A program made the translations under genes and the position numbers. From assembly GCA_035509435.1 (NCBI GenBank), contig DATJLR010000003.1, forward strand, positions 11,853 through 75,852: a stretch of DNA of 64,000 bases, given 5' to 3'. Positions 17,724 to 26,314 of the stretch are shown in pieces. Source of the DNA: Minisyncoccota bacterium (GTDB taxonomy: Bacteria; Patescibacteriota; Minisyncoccia; UBA6257; 2-01-FULL-56-20). Positions within the stretch are counted from its first letter, which is position 1. Every line of letters begins with the position of its first letter. The notes below the pieces were generated by a model, which made no database searches, was not told the origin of the DNA, and saw only the letters and a program-made list of their open reading frames with translations.

Positions 17724-18476
17724 ATGCATATAAAAGCGGTCATCGAACAGCTCGGATACAGCCCACAGGAGGCGGCGGTCTATCTTGCCGCGCTCGAGCT
17801 CGGCGGCAGCACCGCCACGGACATCGCCGCAAAGGCGAGGCTCCCGCGCACCACCGTCAACCTGCTCATCAGATCGCTCAACAAGAAGGGATTGATGAAC
17901 GCGTACATCCACCGCAAGCGCAAGATCTGGGCGGCGGAGAACCCCGAGCGCATGATGATCACCATCAAAGAGCGCGAGGCCGCGCTCAAGCTCGTGCTCC
18001 CCGAGCTGCAATCGCTCCGCCACGACACTGGCGTGAAGCCGACCGTGCGCACCTACGGCGGCGCCGACGAGATCAAGCAGATCATGAACGACATTCTGGA
18101 ATCCAAGCATCACATCTCCGCGATCCTTTCGTGGGACGAATGGATCAACCTGCTCGGCCGCGCATATATGGAGGATTTCATAGAGACGCGCTACCGGCAG
18201 TATCTGCGCATCCGCCTGCTCACGCCAAAATCTAAGACCGCGATGGCGCTCAAAGCGCGCGACGGCGAAGAGCTGCGCGTCACGCAATTTCTCCCTTCTT
18301 CCATCGCCATCAACAATTGCAATTTCATCTACGCCAACAAGGTGGCGATCATCTCGCTCAACAAAAAACGCCCGGTGGGCATTTTAATAGAAGATGAGGA
18401 CATCCATCACACCATGGAAGTCATGTTCGAGTCGCTCTGGAGCCAGAGCGGGCCGGGCGGCAGCGCTGCCAAGTAA
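17724..18476 (+). CDS. TrmB-family transcriptional regulator
   Basis: 250 aa; N-terminal wHTH 'LGYSPQEAAVYLAALELGGSTATDIAAKARLPRTTVNLLIRSLNKKGLM', typical of TrmB. Confidence 0.7.
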   Translation: MHIKAVIEQLGYSPQEAAVYLAALELGGSTATDIAAKARLPRTTVNLLIRSLNKKGLMNAYIHRKRKIWAAENPERMMITIKEREAALKLVLPELQSLRHDTGVKPTVRTYGGADEIKQIMNDILESKHHISAILSWDEWINLLGRAYMEDFIETRYRQYLRIRLLTPKSKTAMALKARDGEELRVTQFLPSSIAINNCNFIYANKVAIISLNKKRPVGILIEDEDIHHTMEVMFESLWSQSGPGGSAAK

Positions 18477-18494
18477 CGGACAGAAATGCTCCGC

Positions 18495-18535
18495 AAAAGG
18501 CGGCACAGGAAACCACATCCTGTGCCGCCTTTTTA
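18495..18535. terminator. bidirectional intrinsic terminator
   Basis: AAAAGGCGGCACAGG-aaaccacat-CCTGTGCCGCCTTTTT; 11-bp GC stem. Confidence 0.7.
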
Positions 18536-18557
18536 TCCACAGGTCGCCTTGTGCCTA

Positions 18558-18680
18558 TTCCTGCGCGTCGCCGTTGTCGTCCGTCGGCGAATCATCGGTG
18601 TTCTTTTCGATGTCCTCCGCGTCGATATCGCTCTCCAGGCTGTCATCCTTCGCCTCTATGTCTTCGTCGTCTTGTGCCAT
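18558..18680 (-). CDS. 40-aa hyper-acidic small protein (putative; last gene of helicase operon)
   Basis: MAQDDEDIEAKDDSLESDIDAEDIEKNTDDSPTDDNGDAQE*; 23 of 40 residues are D/E; GC-rich third positions; stop 20 nt before the terminator. Not in the ORF track (under 60 aa). Confidence 0.35.
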
Positions 18681-18752
18681 ATCATTGGTTTATATTTCGG
18701 CGACCTTTTCGGACTGCTTACATAATACCCTATCTGGGATTAAATCTTTCAG

Positions 18753-20303
18753 TTAAAAATCCGCCACGGGCATCTCGTCGATGTCGGTATAGTCAATGCG
18801 TAGGTCGTCGAATACTGTGCCTGCGGTGTTATGGCCGCCGAGAGCGCCGGGTGCGACGCCGCCCGCGCCGCCCGATTCCTCACCTGCGCGACGGATGAAG
18901 TCGCCCTGCGCGGCGCGGAGCTCGTCTTCGCCAAAGCTCGCCAGATACTGCTCGGTGCGCGCGGAATCGGCGCGGAAGCCGGCGTCGAGCGCCCGAACGC
19001 GCGGCGACACTTGCAGGGCAAGCGCGTTGAAACCGATGAGCGAAATGTTGCGCAGCTCGCGCACGCGGGAGAGCGCCACGTAACCCATCCCGCGGTCGAA
19101 CGCGCGGCCAAGATCGATCACGGCGGCATCGAGCGTCATCCCCTGGCTTTTGTGGATCGTGATCGCCCACGCGAGCTTGAGCGGCAGCTGCGAGACGCTC
19201 GCCATGCGGTCGCGGCTCTTGCCGTCCTTGCCGCGGCCGCCGTCGCTGTCTCCCACGCGCCACTGGAAGCGGCCAAGCGTGATGCGCTTCTTGTCGAAAG
19301 TCATAATGACGGGATTCGCCTCGATGGCGCTCGCTGCCGCACCGCTCGCGCTGGCAGAATCGCCGTCGCCGCCCATCTCAAAGTCCACGACTTCGCCGAG
19401 CGTGCCGTTCACATATCCAACGCCCATGTTGTTTTTGGTGAACATCACGCGCGCGCCGATCTTGAGCGTCAGCTTGTCCGGCACGTCGTTGTCCTTCTTG
19501 AGCTTGTCCACCAGCACCGCGGGGCCGTTCGTGTACGCTTCGTAGATCACGTCCGGCGTTGCAAGCTTACGCAGTTCCGCGGCGTTGATCTCGTCCACGT
19601 TCTCGCGATGCGTGTAGAGCCGCGCGATGCCGATCGGCGCGGCGACCGTGGCGCCAATGCGGGCGTTCAGCTTTGCCGTGATGTCCGGCGTCACTTCGCC
19701 CGCGCGGATGGCGTCCAGGATCTCGAGCAGGTCATCGCCACTGCTGCTGCCCCTACCCGCAGCGCTTCCGCCCACCTGGCGATGCTGCTCCGTCAAATAG
19801 CACACGCGCATCTGCGCATTCTTCCACGCGGCGGAATCGATCACAAACTTCTCGGACTCGCCGTTCACTGGTGGAATCTGGAAGAAGTCACCGCAGCACA
19901 CGATCTGCAATCCGCCGAATGGCTCGCTGGAATTCCGCGCGGTGCGGCAGATCAGGTCCACGCGATCGAACTGCTCGGGATGCAGCATGGAGATCTCGTC
20001 TATAATAAGCACCCGTGCGCGGCGGATGCGGTCGGTCAGGTACTCGTTCGCGCGCACGCGGTCGCGCTCCTGCTTCTCGTCGGGGATCGGCCCGCGCGTC
20101 AGCCCCGCCCACGAATGGAGCGTGCGCCCGGAAAGGTGCGATGCGGCGATGCCGGTGTAGGCCGTCACGGCCACCTCCACCTCGTGGTCCTCAAGGAACC
20201 GGATGTACTCGTTCAGCAGGTACGTCTTCCCCGCCCCGGGCGCGCCGGTCAGGAACACGTTCTCGCCCGTCTTAAGGATGGCCAAAGCGGTGGATTGGAG
20301 CAT
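18753..20303 (-). CDS. Pif1/RecD-family (AAA_30/UvrD_C_2) ATP-dependent DNA helicase
   Basis: 516 aa; Walker A 'GAPGAGKTYLL', Walker B 'IIDEISML', motif V/VI 'WAITIHKSQGMTLD'. Confidence 0.8.
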   Translation of the reverse strand: MLQSTALAILKTGENVFLTGAPGAGKTYLLNEYIRFLEDHEVEVAVTAYTGIAASHLSGRTLHSWAGLTRGPIPDEKQERDRVRANEYLTDRIRRARVLIIDEISMLHPEQFDRVDLICRTARNSSEPFGGLQIVCCGDFFQIPPVNGESEKFVIDSAAWKNAQMRVCYLTEQHRQVGGSAAGRGSSSGDDLLEILDAIRAGEVTPDITAKLNARIGATVAAPIGIARLYTHRENVDEINAAELRKLATPDVIYEAYTNGPAVLVDKLKKDNDVPDKLTLKIGARVMFTKNNMGVGYVNGTLGEVVDFEMGGDGDSASASGAAASAIEANPVIMTFDKKRITLGRFQWRVGDSDGGRGKDGKSRDRMASVSQLPLKLAWAITIHKSQGMTLDAAVIDLGRAFDRGMGYVALSRVRELRNISLIGFNALALQVSPRVRALDAGFRADSARTEQYLASFGEDELRAAQGDFIRRAGEESGGAGGVAPGALGGHNTAGTVFDDLRIDYTDIDEMPVADF

Positions 20304-20306
20304 GTT

Positions 20307-20672
20307 CTAAAATTTTTCAATGTCCTTTGCTAGTTCTCGAAAGATGAAGACCCCTAATACAAGAACCGCTACGACATACAAGATTCCAACCGCCCAATGC
20401 GAAGAGAATTCAACTTCAAACAAAAATTGATATATACCAATGATTACTTGCACCAGCGCGAAGGCGATTAAAACCAACGAATATTTTCTGGTCGATTTAT
20501 CGAGTTCGTGAGCCGTTTTTCGATTCCTCAAAGCGGCCTTAATTTGAAGGATCGTTAATTTATGCATTTTCTGTTCCTCGACCATACCACTACTTGGAGG
20601 CCCTATGGTCTCAATTTCCCCTAGAAGATCTTGATCTTCAGATAGATATAGCTCCATGTTCTTATTATCCAT
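20307..20672 (-). CDS. small membrane protein, hypothetical (AT-rich, 3 nt upstream of helicase start)
   Basis: 121 aa, about 40% GC, two C-terminal TM helices. Confidence 0.45.
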   Translation of the reverse strand: MDNKNMELYLSEDQDLLGEIETIGPPSSGMVEEQKMHKLTILQIKAALRNRKTAHELDKSTRKYSLVLIAFALVQVIIGIYQFLFEVEFSSHWAVGILYVVAVLVLGVFIFRELAKDIEKF

Positions 20673-20752
20673 GCAAAAAGTTTACGCCACATCATAAAAT
20701 ACACAAGATTGACGAATTCGAAAGAATATATAAGATTGAGGGACGTACTAAA

Positions 20753-21709
20753 ATGGAACTCTTCTCGAAAAGATACTCGGCAAAAGGGCCTCGCAATGAC
20801 GTTATTCTTTCCGATACACTTAGAAAGCGTCTGGAACAGGAGTTAAAGTTCATAACTTCAAGTAAAGATTATATTGAAGCCTTTCTTTTGGTTGATAATG
20901 AAAAAGAGAATAAGATTTATTTGCATTCTCTTACCCTACGAGATTTAAGTTCTCGGGAGTTGGGTTATGATTTAACGTCCTTGGTTTACTGTAAAACTAT
21001 GGATTTCAATGCGAACCCCGATGATAATCAACTTCTAGACCTTATAGAACTATTAATCATTTTTTGTAAAGAAATAAACCGTAAAGAATTAATTGAGAGG
21101 TTACAAAACATCTTCAAGGAAGAGGGAGATCAATTTATAATTCACAATTTCATAATTTTTAAGAAGGATGAAACTGGGCTGAAATCTCTCGTGCCCTTAA
21201 TTAAAGATAAGAACCTCCAAGTCAAATTAGAGGAATACTTTACTGAAGCATCGAGAGGTAGTAAACCAAATTATGAGATGCTAGCCCGTATTGCTGCGGA
21301 TATTGTACAGATACTCTTTAGTGCTCCAAAGCAAAAAGAAACAAAAAAATATTCTGAACAATTATGTAGCGATATTGCATATAAATGGACGGATAAAAAG
21401 AATGCCCAAGCGTTGGCAATTCTCCTTAGTGAAACCGTTAAAAATGCTAAGGAACTAAGTAATCAGATTAGTAATATTCGACATACAGACAGAAGCACTA
21501 TACCAGTTAGAACGCCTAGCCTATATAGATTAATTGCCTTAAAAAATTCTTCAATTGCTGAAGTGGTTATACTTTCCTTGCCAGAAAATTATATTTTAGA
21601 CCAAAATCCGGAAGAGATTAAAAATCACTATCTCGGTAAATACAACCTCAAAGCTGATAATGGCTGGTTGGTTGAAGATGAAATAAAGCCGGAAGATATA
21701 CCTTTCTAA
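20753..21709 (+). CDS. hypothetical protein (AT-rich island)
   Basis: About 318 aa from the ATG at 20753, preceded by GAGGGA 9 nt upstream. The ORF track's 20594 start overlaps the opposite-strand gene. No recognisable motif. Confidence 0.45.
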   Translation: MELFSKRYSAKGPRNDVILSDTLRKRLEQELKFITSSKDYIEAFLLVDNEKENKIYLHSLTLRDLSSRELGYDLTSLVYCKTMDFNANPDDNQLLDLIELLIIFCKEINRKELIERLQNIFKEEGDQFIIHNFIIFKKDETGLKSLVPLIKDKNLQVKLEEYFTEASRGSKPNYEMLARIAADIVQILFSAPKQKETKKYSEQLCSDIAYKWTDKKNAQALAILLSETVKNAKELSNQISNIRHTDRSTIPVRTPSLYRLIALKNSSIAEVVILSLPENYILDQNPEEIKNHYLGKYNLKADNGWLVEDEIKPEDIPF

Positions 21710-21739
21710 AGCAAGACCAGATAGGCAACGACTCAATCT

Positions 21740-22927
21740 CTAAAAATTCTTAACAATAAGATGCTGCACGGCCCTATCATTCCTACCTTTCATATTGTAA
21801 GTGTATTTCTTATCGAACGAAGAGATGTTTATATTCTGCTTGCCTTTGTATAAGCCGTAGATGAACGACGTCCTTTTTATCACCAAAATAAATTTGGCCT
21901 TAGTGGTATATAAATAACGCGCAAGCCGAAATTGGTCATCACGATCAAAGCTTTTCTTTTCGTAATCACTGAAATCGGTATCGTATGGAGGGTCGAGGAA
22001 AATAAAATCTTTTGAAGAAAGCTTCAGTTTATTGAGAAATGTTTCAAAATCCTCGTTGTAAATTACCGCTCCTGCCAAGAGATTATGGGCCTCCAAAGAA
22101 AAGAGCCGGTCGACTTTCTTTCTAAAATTTTTAGTGTTGTACCCTATCCCTCCATATGGGATATTAAATTCTCCGTTGGCGTTAAATCGGAACATGGATC
22201 CATAGCAAAACTCTCGGATGAAATAATAGTTTGCGATGGCTTTTGCGCGGCTGATATGGTTCATTCCCCTTTTTTCATTCATAACATCCCTAAAATGCAT
22301 ATAAAATCCACTGCGAAATGCAGTCTCAATGTTCTTATGAAGATCCTCAATTGAGATCCTGCCGCTACTGAACTCAAGCTTTTTGACACGTGTGATCTTA
22401 TCAATGAGATTGTCAATGATGCGCTTTTCAAGATTATTCCTGTCTATACAAAAGTCCGCCCTGAACAGCCCATTGAATGCCTGAATTTGTCCGTGTATGT
22501 AATCTTCCGTAAGGCGACGCAGATCGTTTTTGCTAATAGAATCGGCAGCATAACGGGCGTACAAAGAGATGAACTGCCTCTGGAAAAGAAGGATGTAATT
22601 CGGAATTTTCTCCCAATTGAAGACATACTCATAGATTTCCTTAGAAAATTCTTTTGTATTATATTTCCCACCTACGAAGCGGTAAAAATCCATCAGCTCT
22701 ACGGCAATATCGTTGATGGCGGCTCTTTCTGGTTGTAACTCAAAAAATATCGCACCACCACCAAAGAACGGCTCAATATAGCGATCAAACGCAGGAATGT
22801 GATGCTTAATAAAAGAGAATTCCCGTTTTTTTCCGCCAGGCCACTTGATCAATGCCTGTGTATTAGGTGTGGATATCTCCCGATTGGAAGGTCGCAAGAG
22901 GTTCAAATCAATGTGCTGTTTTTGCAT
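21740..22927 (-). CDS. Dam-like (D12 class) N6-adenine DNA methyltransferase
   Basis: 395 aa; 'IKWPGGKK', 'EPFFGGGAIFFEL' (SAM binding), catalytic 'FLDPPYD'. Confidence 0.85.
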   Translation of the reverse strand: MQKQHIDLNLLRPSNREISTPNTQALIKWPGGKKREFSFIKHHIPAFDRYIEPFFGGGAIFFELQPERAAINDIAVELMDFYRFVGGKYNTKEFSKEIYEYVFNWEKIPNYILLFQRQFISLYARYAADSISKNDLRRLTEDYIHGQIQAFNGLFRADFCIDRNNLEKRIIDNLIDKITRVKKLEFSSGRISIEDLHKNIETAFRSGFYMHFRDVMNEKRGMNHISRAKAIANYYFIREFCYGSMFRFNANGEFNIPYGGIGYNTKNFRKKVDRLFSLEAHNLLAGAVIYNEDFETFLNKLKLSSKDFIFLDPPYDTDFSDYEKKSFDRDDQFRLARYLYTTKAKFILVIKRTSFIYGLYKGKQNINISSFDKKYTYNMKGRNDRAVQHLIVKNF

Positions 22928-23630
22928 TTTCTATAATTTTCTTTAGTTGTGAAATTTTTAAAATGTTATTGCGCTGTCGATGAACCATCCGATGGCAGTT
23001 TGAACACAGAGGAACGACTTTCTTCAACGCTTCATCCGCCGCCATCTTTTCTCCGGACGCTTCATGCTGATGAATAGGATGCGTGTGATGAATCTCGATA
23101 TAATCGCGGCCGCGTTCGCCGTAGAATTTCAAGAAATCGAACTCGCACGCTATGCAAGGAATTTTTCCGCCCTTCTTAAAGTGCGCCCTGGCAAGCTGGA
23201 TCAGTTTTCGCGACCGCTCTCTGAACGCAACATTTTTTGTCGAGAGAAATCCTTCTTCAACGATGATGTCTTTGTAGTCATCTTTGAATTCTTGCTCTCT
23301 TATCTCTTCACTGAAGCCCTGCTCCTGAAGCGCTTCAACAACTTCTTCATAACCAGCATTCAAATATCTTCTACCCTCGTCCGTAATGAAGAAAAGTTTG
23401 TCCTTATATATCGCAAGATTCTTCTTCTCTAAGGTATCGTGCGATTTTAGGTTGCGCACTTTTTGGCTGAACTTTGTATCGGTGCGGCCGCTGAGTATTT
23501 CAGCATCTTCCCCTTCGGGCTTCAGTGTGTCAGTTAATTCCTTGATAAGATACTCGGTCGGAACGCCTTCCGGATGGCGCTCGATGATCTTAAGGGCGGG
23601 AATTACGAGGTCCGATTCGGCGTAAATCAT
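22908..23630 (-). CDS. HNH-family endonuclease (probable restriction endonuclease partner of the Dam-like MTase)
   Basis: 240 aa; 'CIACEFDF...IEIHHTHPIH...PLCSNCHRMVH' HNH/zinc motif; 20-nt overlap with the MTase gene; AT-rich. Confidence 0.75.
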   Translation of the reverse strand: MIYAESDLVIPALKIIERHPEGVPTEYLIKELTDTLKPEGEDAEILSGRTDTKFSQKVRNLKSHDTLEKKNLAIYKDKLFFITDEGRRYLNAGYEEVVEALQEQGFSEEIREQEFKDDYKDIIVEEGFLSTKNVAFRERSRKLIQLARAHFKKGGKIPCIACEFDFLKFYGERGRDYIEIHHTHPIHQHEASGEKMAADEALKKVVPLCSNCHRMVHRQRNNILKISQLKKIIENAKTAH

Positions 23631-23735
23631 ACTCTAAGTTTAGCATATAGCCCCGAGAGGTGAATCTACTTGATATCCCCATGTCGATGAGGATATCCAC
23701 ATAGTATCTTATGCACTAGAACTGTCAAAAAATTT

Positions 23736-24190
23736 TTAATCCTTTTTTAACGAATCCCCCCATCCCCACTCGCTGTACCCCACGCCTTCGCGGTAGCAAC
23801 GGATCGCCTCGCGGATATAGGGAATGGTGTTTGCGGGCAAGGCGTCGAGCGGGAACCAGCGCAGGTCGTCGCACTTGCCGGGCTCCATGTTGGCCGCTCG
23901 CCGCTCCACGCCGCGGGCTCAAAGAAGAAGTCCAGCCGCTCGTCGTCGGCGCGGCGGTGCATCACAACCTTGAGCCGCAGGTCCGCAGCCCCGATCGTGA
24001 CGCCCGACTCCTCCATCGCCTCCCGCGCGGTGGCCGCCGTGAGCGCCTCGCCGCCATCGGCGTGACCGGCCACCAGGCTGTAATTGCCATCCTCGTAGCC
24101 GGTGTTTGCGCGGCGGAGCATCAGGATCTTTCCGTCCTTCACGAAAAGCACGTAGACGGAGGCGATAAGCTTGAAGCGATCGGCGGTCAT
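23736..24190 (-). pseudogene. Nudix hydrolase with apparent 1-nt frameshift near 23895-23905
   Basis: From ATG 24188-24190 the frame reads a Nudix fold ('MTADRF...LVAGHADGGEALTAATAREAMEESGV') up to '...[11 protein letters not shown]'. The conserved C-terminus '[42 protein letters not shown]' continues in the adjacent frame (stop at 23736-23738). Confidence 0.6.
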
Positions 24191-24210
24191 GAAAACATTG
24201 TAGCACCTTA

Positions 24211-24246
24211 TAAAAAAGAAAAGGCGCATCCCCGGAGGAATGCGCC
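24211..24246 (-). terminator. intrinsic terminator of gene 24269..25192 (copy 1 of GGCGCA...TGCGCC hairpin repeat)
   Basis: Minus-strand GGCGCATTCC-TCCGG-GGATGCGCC followed by TTTTCTTTTTTAT. Confidence 0.6.
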
Positions 24247-24268
24247 ATGTTTTTCACTTTGTGCCAAG

Positions 24269-25192
24269 CTAGATGACCATGTCGGCTTCGATCCGTGCGC
24301 GCACCGCCTGCACGGCGAGAGGAGCAACGTTCGCTCCTTTGAATATCGCCTTCTGGTCTTTTTCCTTCTTCGGCCAGTAGCGGATGACGTCTTCGATCAT
24401 GGCGAGGCCCGTGGAAAGGCTTGCATGGGTGGATTCGATCCCGGCTCCGAGCGCAAGACAATCATTGTCCGAGGTCATGAACCTGACATTCACCTCGTCA
24501 CCCCGCTTCTTGGGACGGGCAAAGGTGAATATCGTGCTTCCCGCAAAGATCCCCACCCGAAGCACCGTCGCCCCGAATTTCCCTTCCATTTCCCGATCGG
24601 GCTCTGCCCGGATGAGAGTGAAAAGTCCCCGCTGATAGACGAGACGAAGGAATTTGTCGAACTGCAGGTGCAGCGCGTGACGCTGGGCATTGAAGTAGAC
24701 GTCCATCTTTGCGTCCAGATGATCGTCTTGGACAATGGCCCTGATCACATTCTTGAGCAGATGAACTCCGACAATCTGATAGACGATATCTCCCGCTCCA
24801 AGCTCCACGAGATTGATCATTTGTTCGTCCCGCTCTTTCTCGTAAAGTTTCCGGAACCATACAACTGCGGGGTCTTCGCTTGTCCGCACCACTTCGTACG
24901 CGTCCAGGATAAGCTGCGGCAGGTGGAGGGTGAGGTCGTAAAATTCGTTCTTTTCGTCGGCGAGTATGGTAAGACCCTGGAGCCATCTGCTAAAGAACAG
25001 GGCAAATAATGCCTCACCTTTCTCGCTTGCGTTGGTGGAAGCGGCATGCATCCCTAACCGGAATATTACATCTGCTTTTTTCACTTTTGCTCCTTTATCC
25101 TTCATAAGAGGATTTACTGCTGACGAAATTGTACATTTAAATTCCAATTTCGTCAAAAGACAACGAGCCCATTCCTGGCGCTGGTCCTTCAT
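24269..25192 (-). CDS. hypothetical protein
   Basis: 307-aa ORF; GAGG 4 nt upstream of ATG; no recognisable domain; bracketed by near-identical 36-nt repeat copies. Confidence 0.5.
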   Translation of the reverse strand: MKDQRQEWARCLLTKLEFKCTISSAVNPLMKDKGAKVKKADVIFRLGMHAASTNASEKGEALFALFFSRWLQGLTILADEKNEFYDLTLHLPQLILDAYEVVRTSEDPAVVWFRKLYEKERDEQMINLVELGAGDIVYQIVGVHLLKNVIRAIVQDDHLDAKMDVYFNAQRHALHLQFDKFLRLVYQRGLFTLIRAEPDREMEGKFGATVLRVGIFAGSTIFTFARPKKRGDEVNVRFMTSDNDCLALGAGIESTHASLSTGLAMIEDVIRYWPKKEKDQKAIFKGANVAPLAVQAVRARIEADMVI

Positions 25193-25198
25193 CGCCTC

Positions 25199-25234
25199 AT
25201 AAAAAGAAAAGGCGCACTCCCGGAGGAATGCGCC
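25199..25234 (-). repeat. copy 2 of the 36-nt hairpin+T-run repeat, immediately 5' of gene 24269..25192
   Basis: ATAAAAAGAAAAGGCGCACTCCCGGAGGAATGCGCC, 2 mismatches versus copy 1 at 24211-24246; terminator-like hairpin ends 16 nt before the start codon. Confidence 0.6.
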
Positions 25235-25353
25235 CTTTGGTCAGGCCACTTCCGTCTCGATGTAGTGTGCCCACGAAAGCCAGATCTCCATCAGGACGGA
25301 TTGGTCCACGGCGTGGGCCGACGTTGATGGTATTTCTGTCATGCCCATTTCCC

Positions 25354-25382
25354 TTGACCACACCCTTCCGATGGCCTATCCT
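25354..25382 (+). promoter_or_regulatory. candidate sigma70 promoter for 25411..25950
   Basis: TTGACC (25354-25359), 17-nt spacer, TATCCT (25377-25382); RBS AAAGGAGAGGG; ATG 25411. Confidence 0.4.
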
Positions 25383-25410
25383 ATCCGGTGGAAAGGAGAG
25401 GGCACTCTCT

Positions 25411-25950
25411 ATGACATTCACAATTCAAAACCCTGAGGCTGATCCGGTGATCGCTAAACAGGCCACCGACGCGTTCGATCTGCTGACCCCGCATTGGAGG
25501 GAACTGCTTCCTCCGATCACCGCCATCATCGTAAATGAACGGTTCGACCGCATCGCGGATCTCCGGCCCATGATCGACGCCCGGTTCTCCAACTGGGGAG
25601 ACCATGAGTGGGAGCAGGTCTACGCTTTTTCACCCAAATACAGTTTGAATGAGGCCGAAGTGTGGCTCCGTCCGTACTATTCGTTCGATTCTTTTGCGCG
25701 AGAGGTGTATTGCCTCTTGGCACAGATCGTATGGACCACAACCCCGGACATTCGCGCCGAGGTCGCAGCGGCCACCCACAAATCATTTCACACGGCCAAT
25801 GCGGCTCTGTTGTATTTCAGCGTTTCCTTTGGACGCTTTTTTCTCAACCGAAAGCTTCTTCGTGAACGGAACCTGGCGGCATGGTTCCTCATGGAGCGCC
25901 TCGATGACCTGGTGGAAACCAAGCAGCTTCAGCGACTTCAGGTGACGTGA
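25411..25950 (+). CDS. hypothetical protein
   Basis: 179 aa from the ATG at 25411 with strong SD. The ORF track's 25228 start lacks an RBS. No recognisable domain. Confidence 0.5.
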   Translation: MTFTIQNPEADPVIAKQATDAFDLLTPHWRELLPPITAIIVNERFDRIADLRPMIDARFSNWGDHEWEQVYAFSPKYSLNEAEVWLRPYYSFDSFAREVYCLLAQIVWTTTPDIRAEVAAATHKSFHTANAALLYFSVSFGRFFLNRKLLRERNLAAWFLMERLDDLVETKQLQRLQVT

Positions 25951-26030
25951 TGGCGAACGATCGCCGTCTTCCGCAAAACTCGCGAGGCCCCGGCGCAATG
26001 TCGGGGCCTCTTTCTTTATTACGATGAATT

Positions 26031-26237
26031 TTATGCTGAAAGCTTCTTTACGATCTCGTCCCATGAATGCACGCGCTCGATCCCCGGCGGAAGCTCGCCC
26101 TGGTTCCATGGCTGATCAAAAAGGAACACCTTGATGCCGGCCTCGGCGCAGACCGTCGCGTTGGTCATGTGGTCCTCGATCATGATCGTGGCCCCAGAGT
26201 CCGCCACCACCTCGTCAAAATCAATGCCGATGCGCAT
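26031..26237 (-). pseudogene. HAD-superfamily 5'(3')-deoxyribonucleotidase-like remnant (internal deletion of core/cap)
   Basis: 68 aa: HAD motif I 'MRIGIDFDEVVADSG' joined directly to the C-terminal motif III/IV region 'IMIEDHMTNATVCAEAGIKVFLFDQPWNQ...RVHSWDEIVKKL'. Intact family members are about 180-200 aa. Confidence 0.5.
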
Positions 26238-26314
26238 GGGTTAATGATACCGTAAATAAGAAAGGGCGCCACCGTTTTAGTGACGCCCCTTGATCCACTG
26301 TAACCCTTCCCGGC

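Noticed and set aside
20594-20752. N-terminal 53 codons of the track ORF 20594..21709.
   Set aside because: They overlap the opposite-strand TM-protein gene and lack an RBS. A strong GAGGGA-ATG start exists at 20753.
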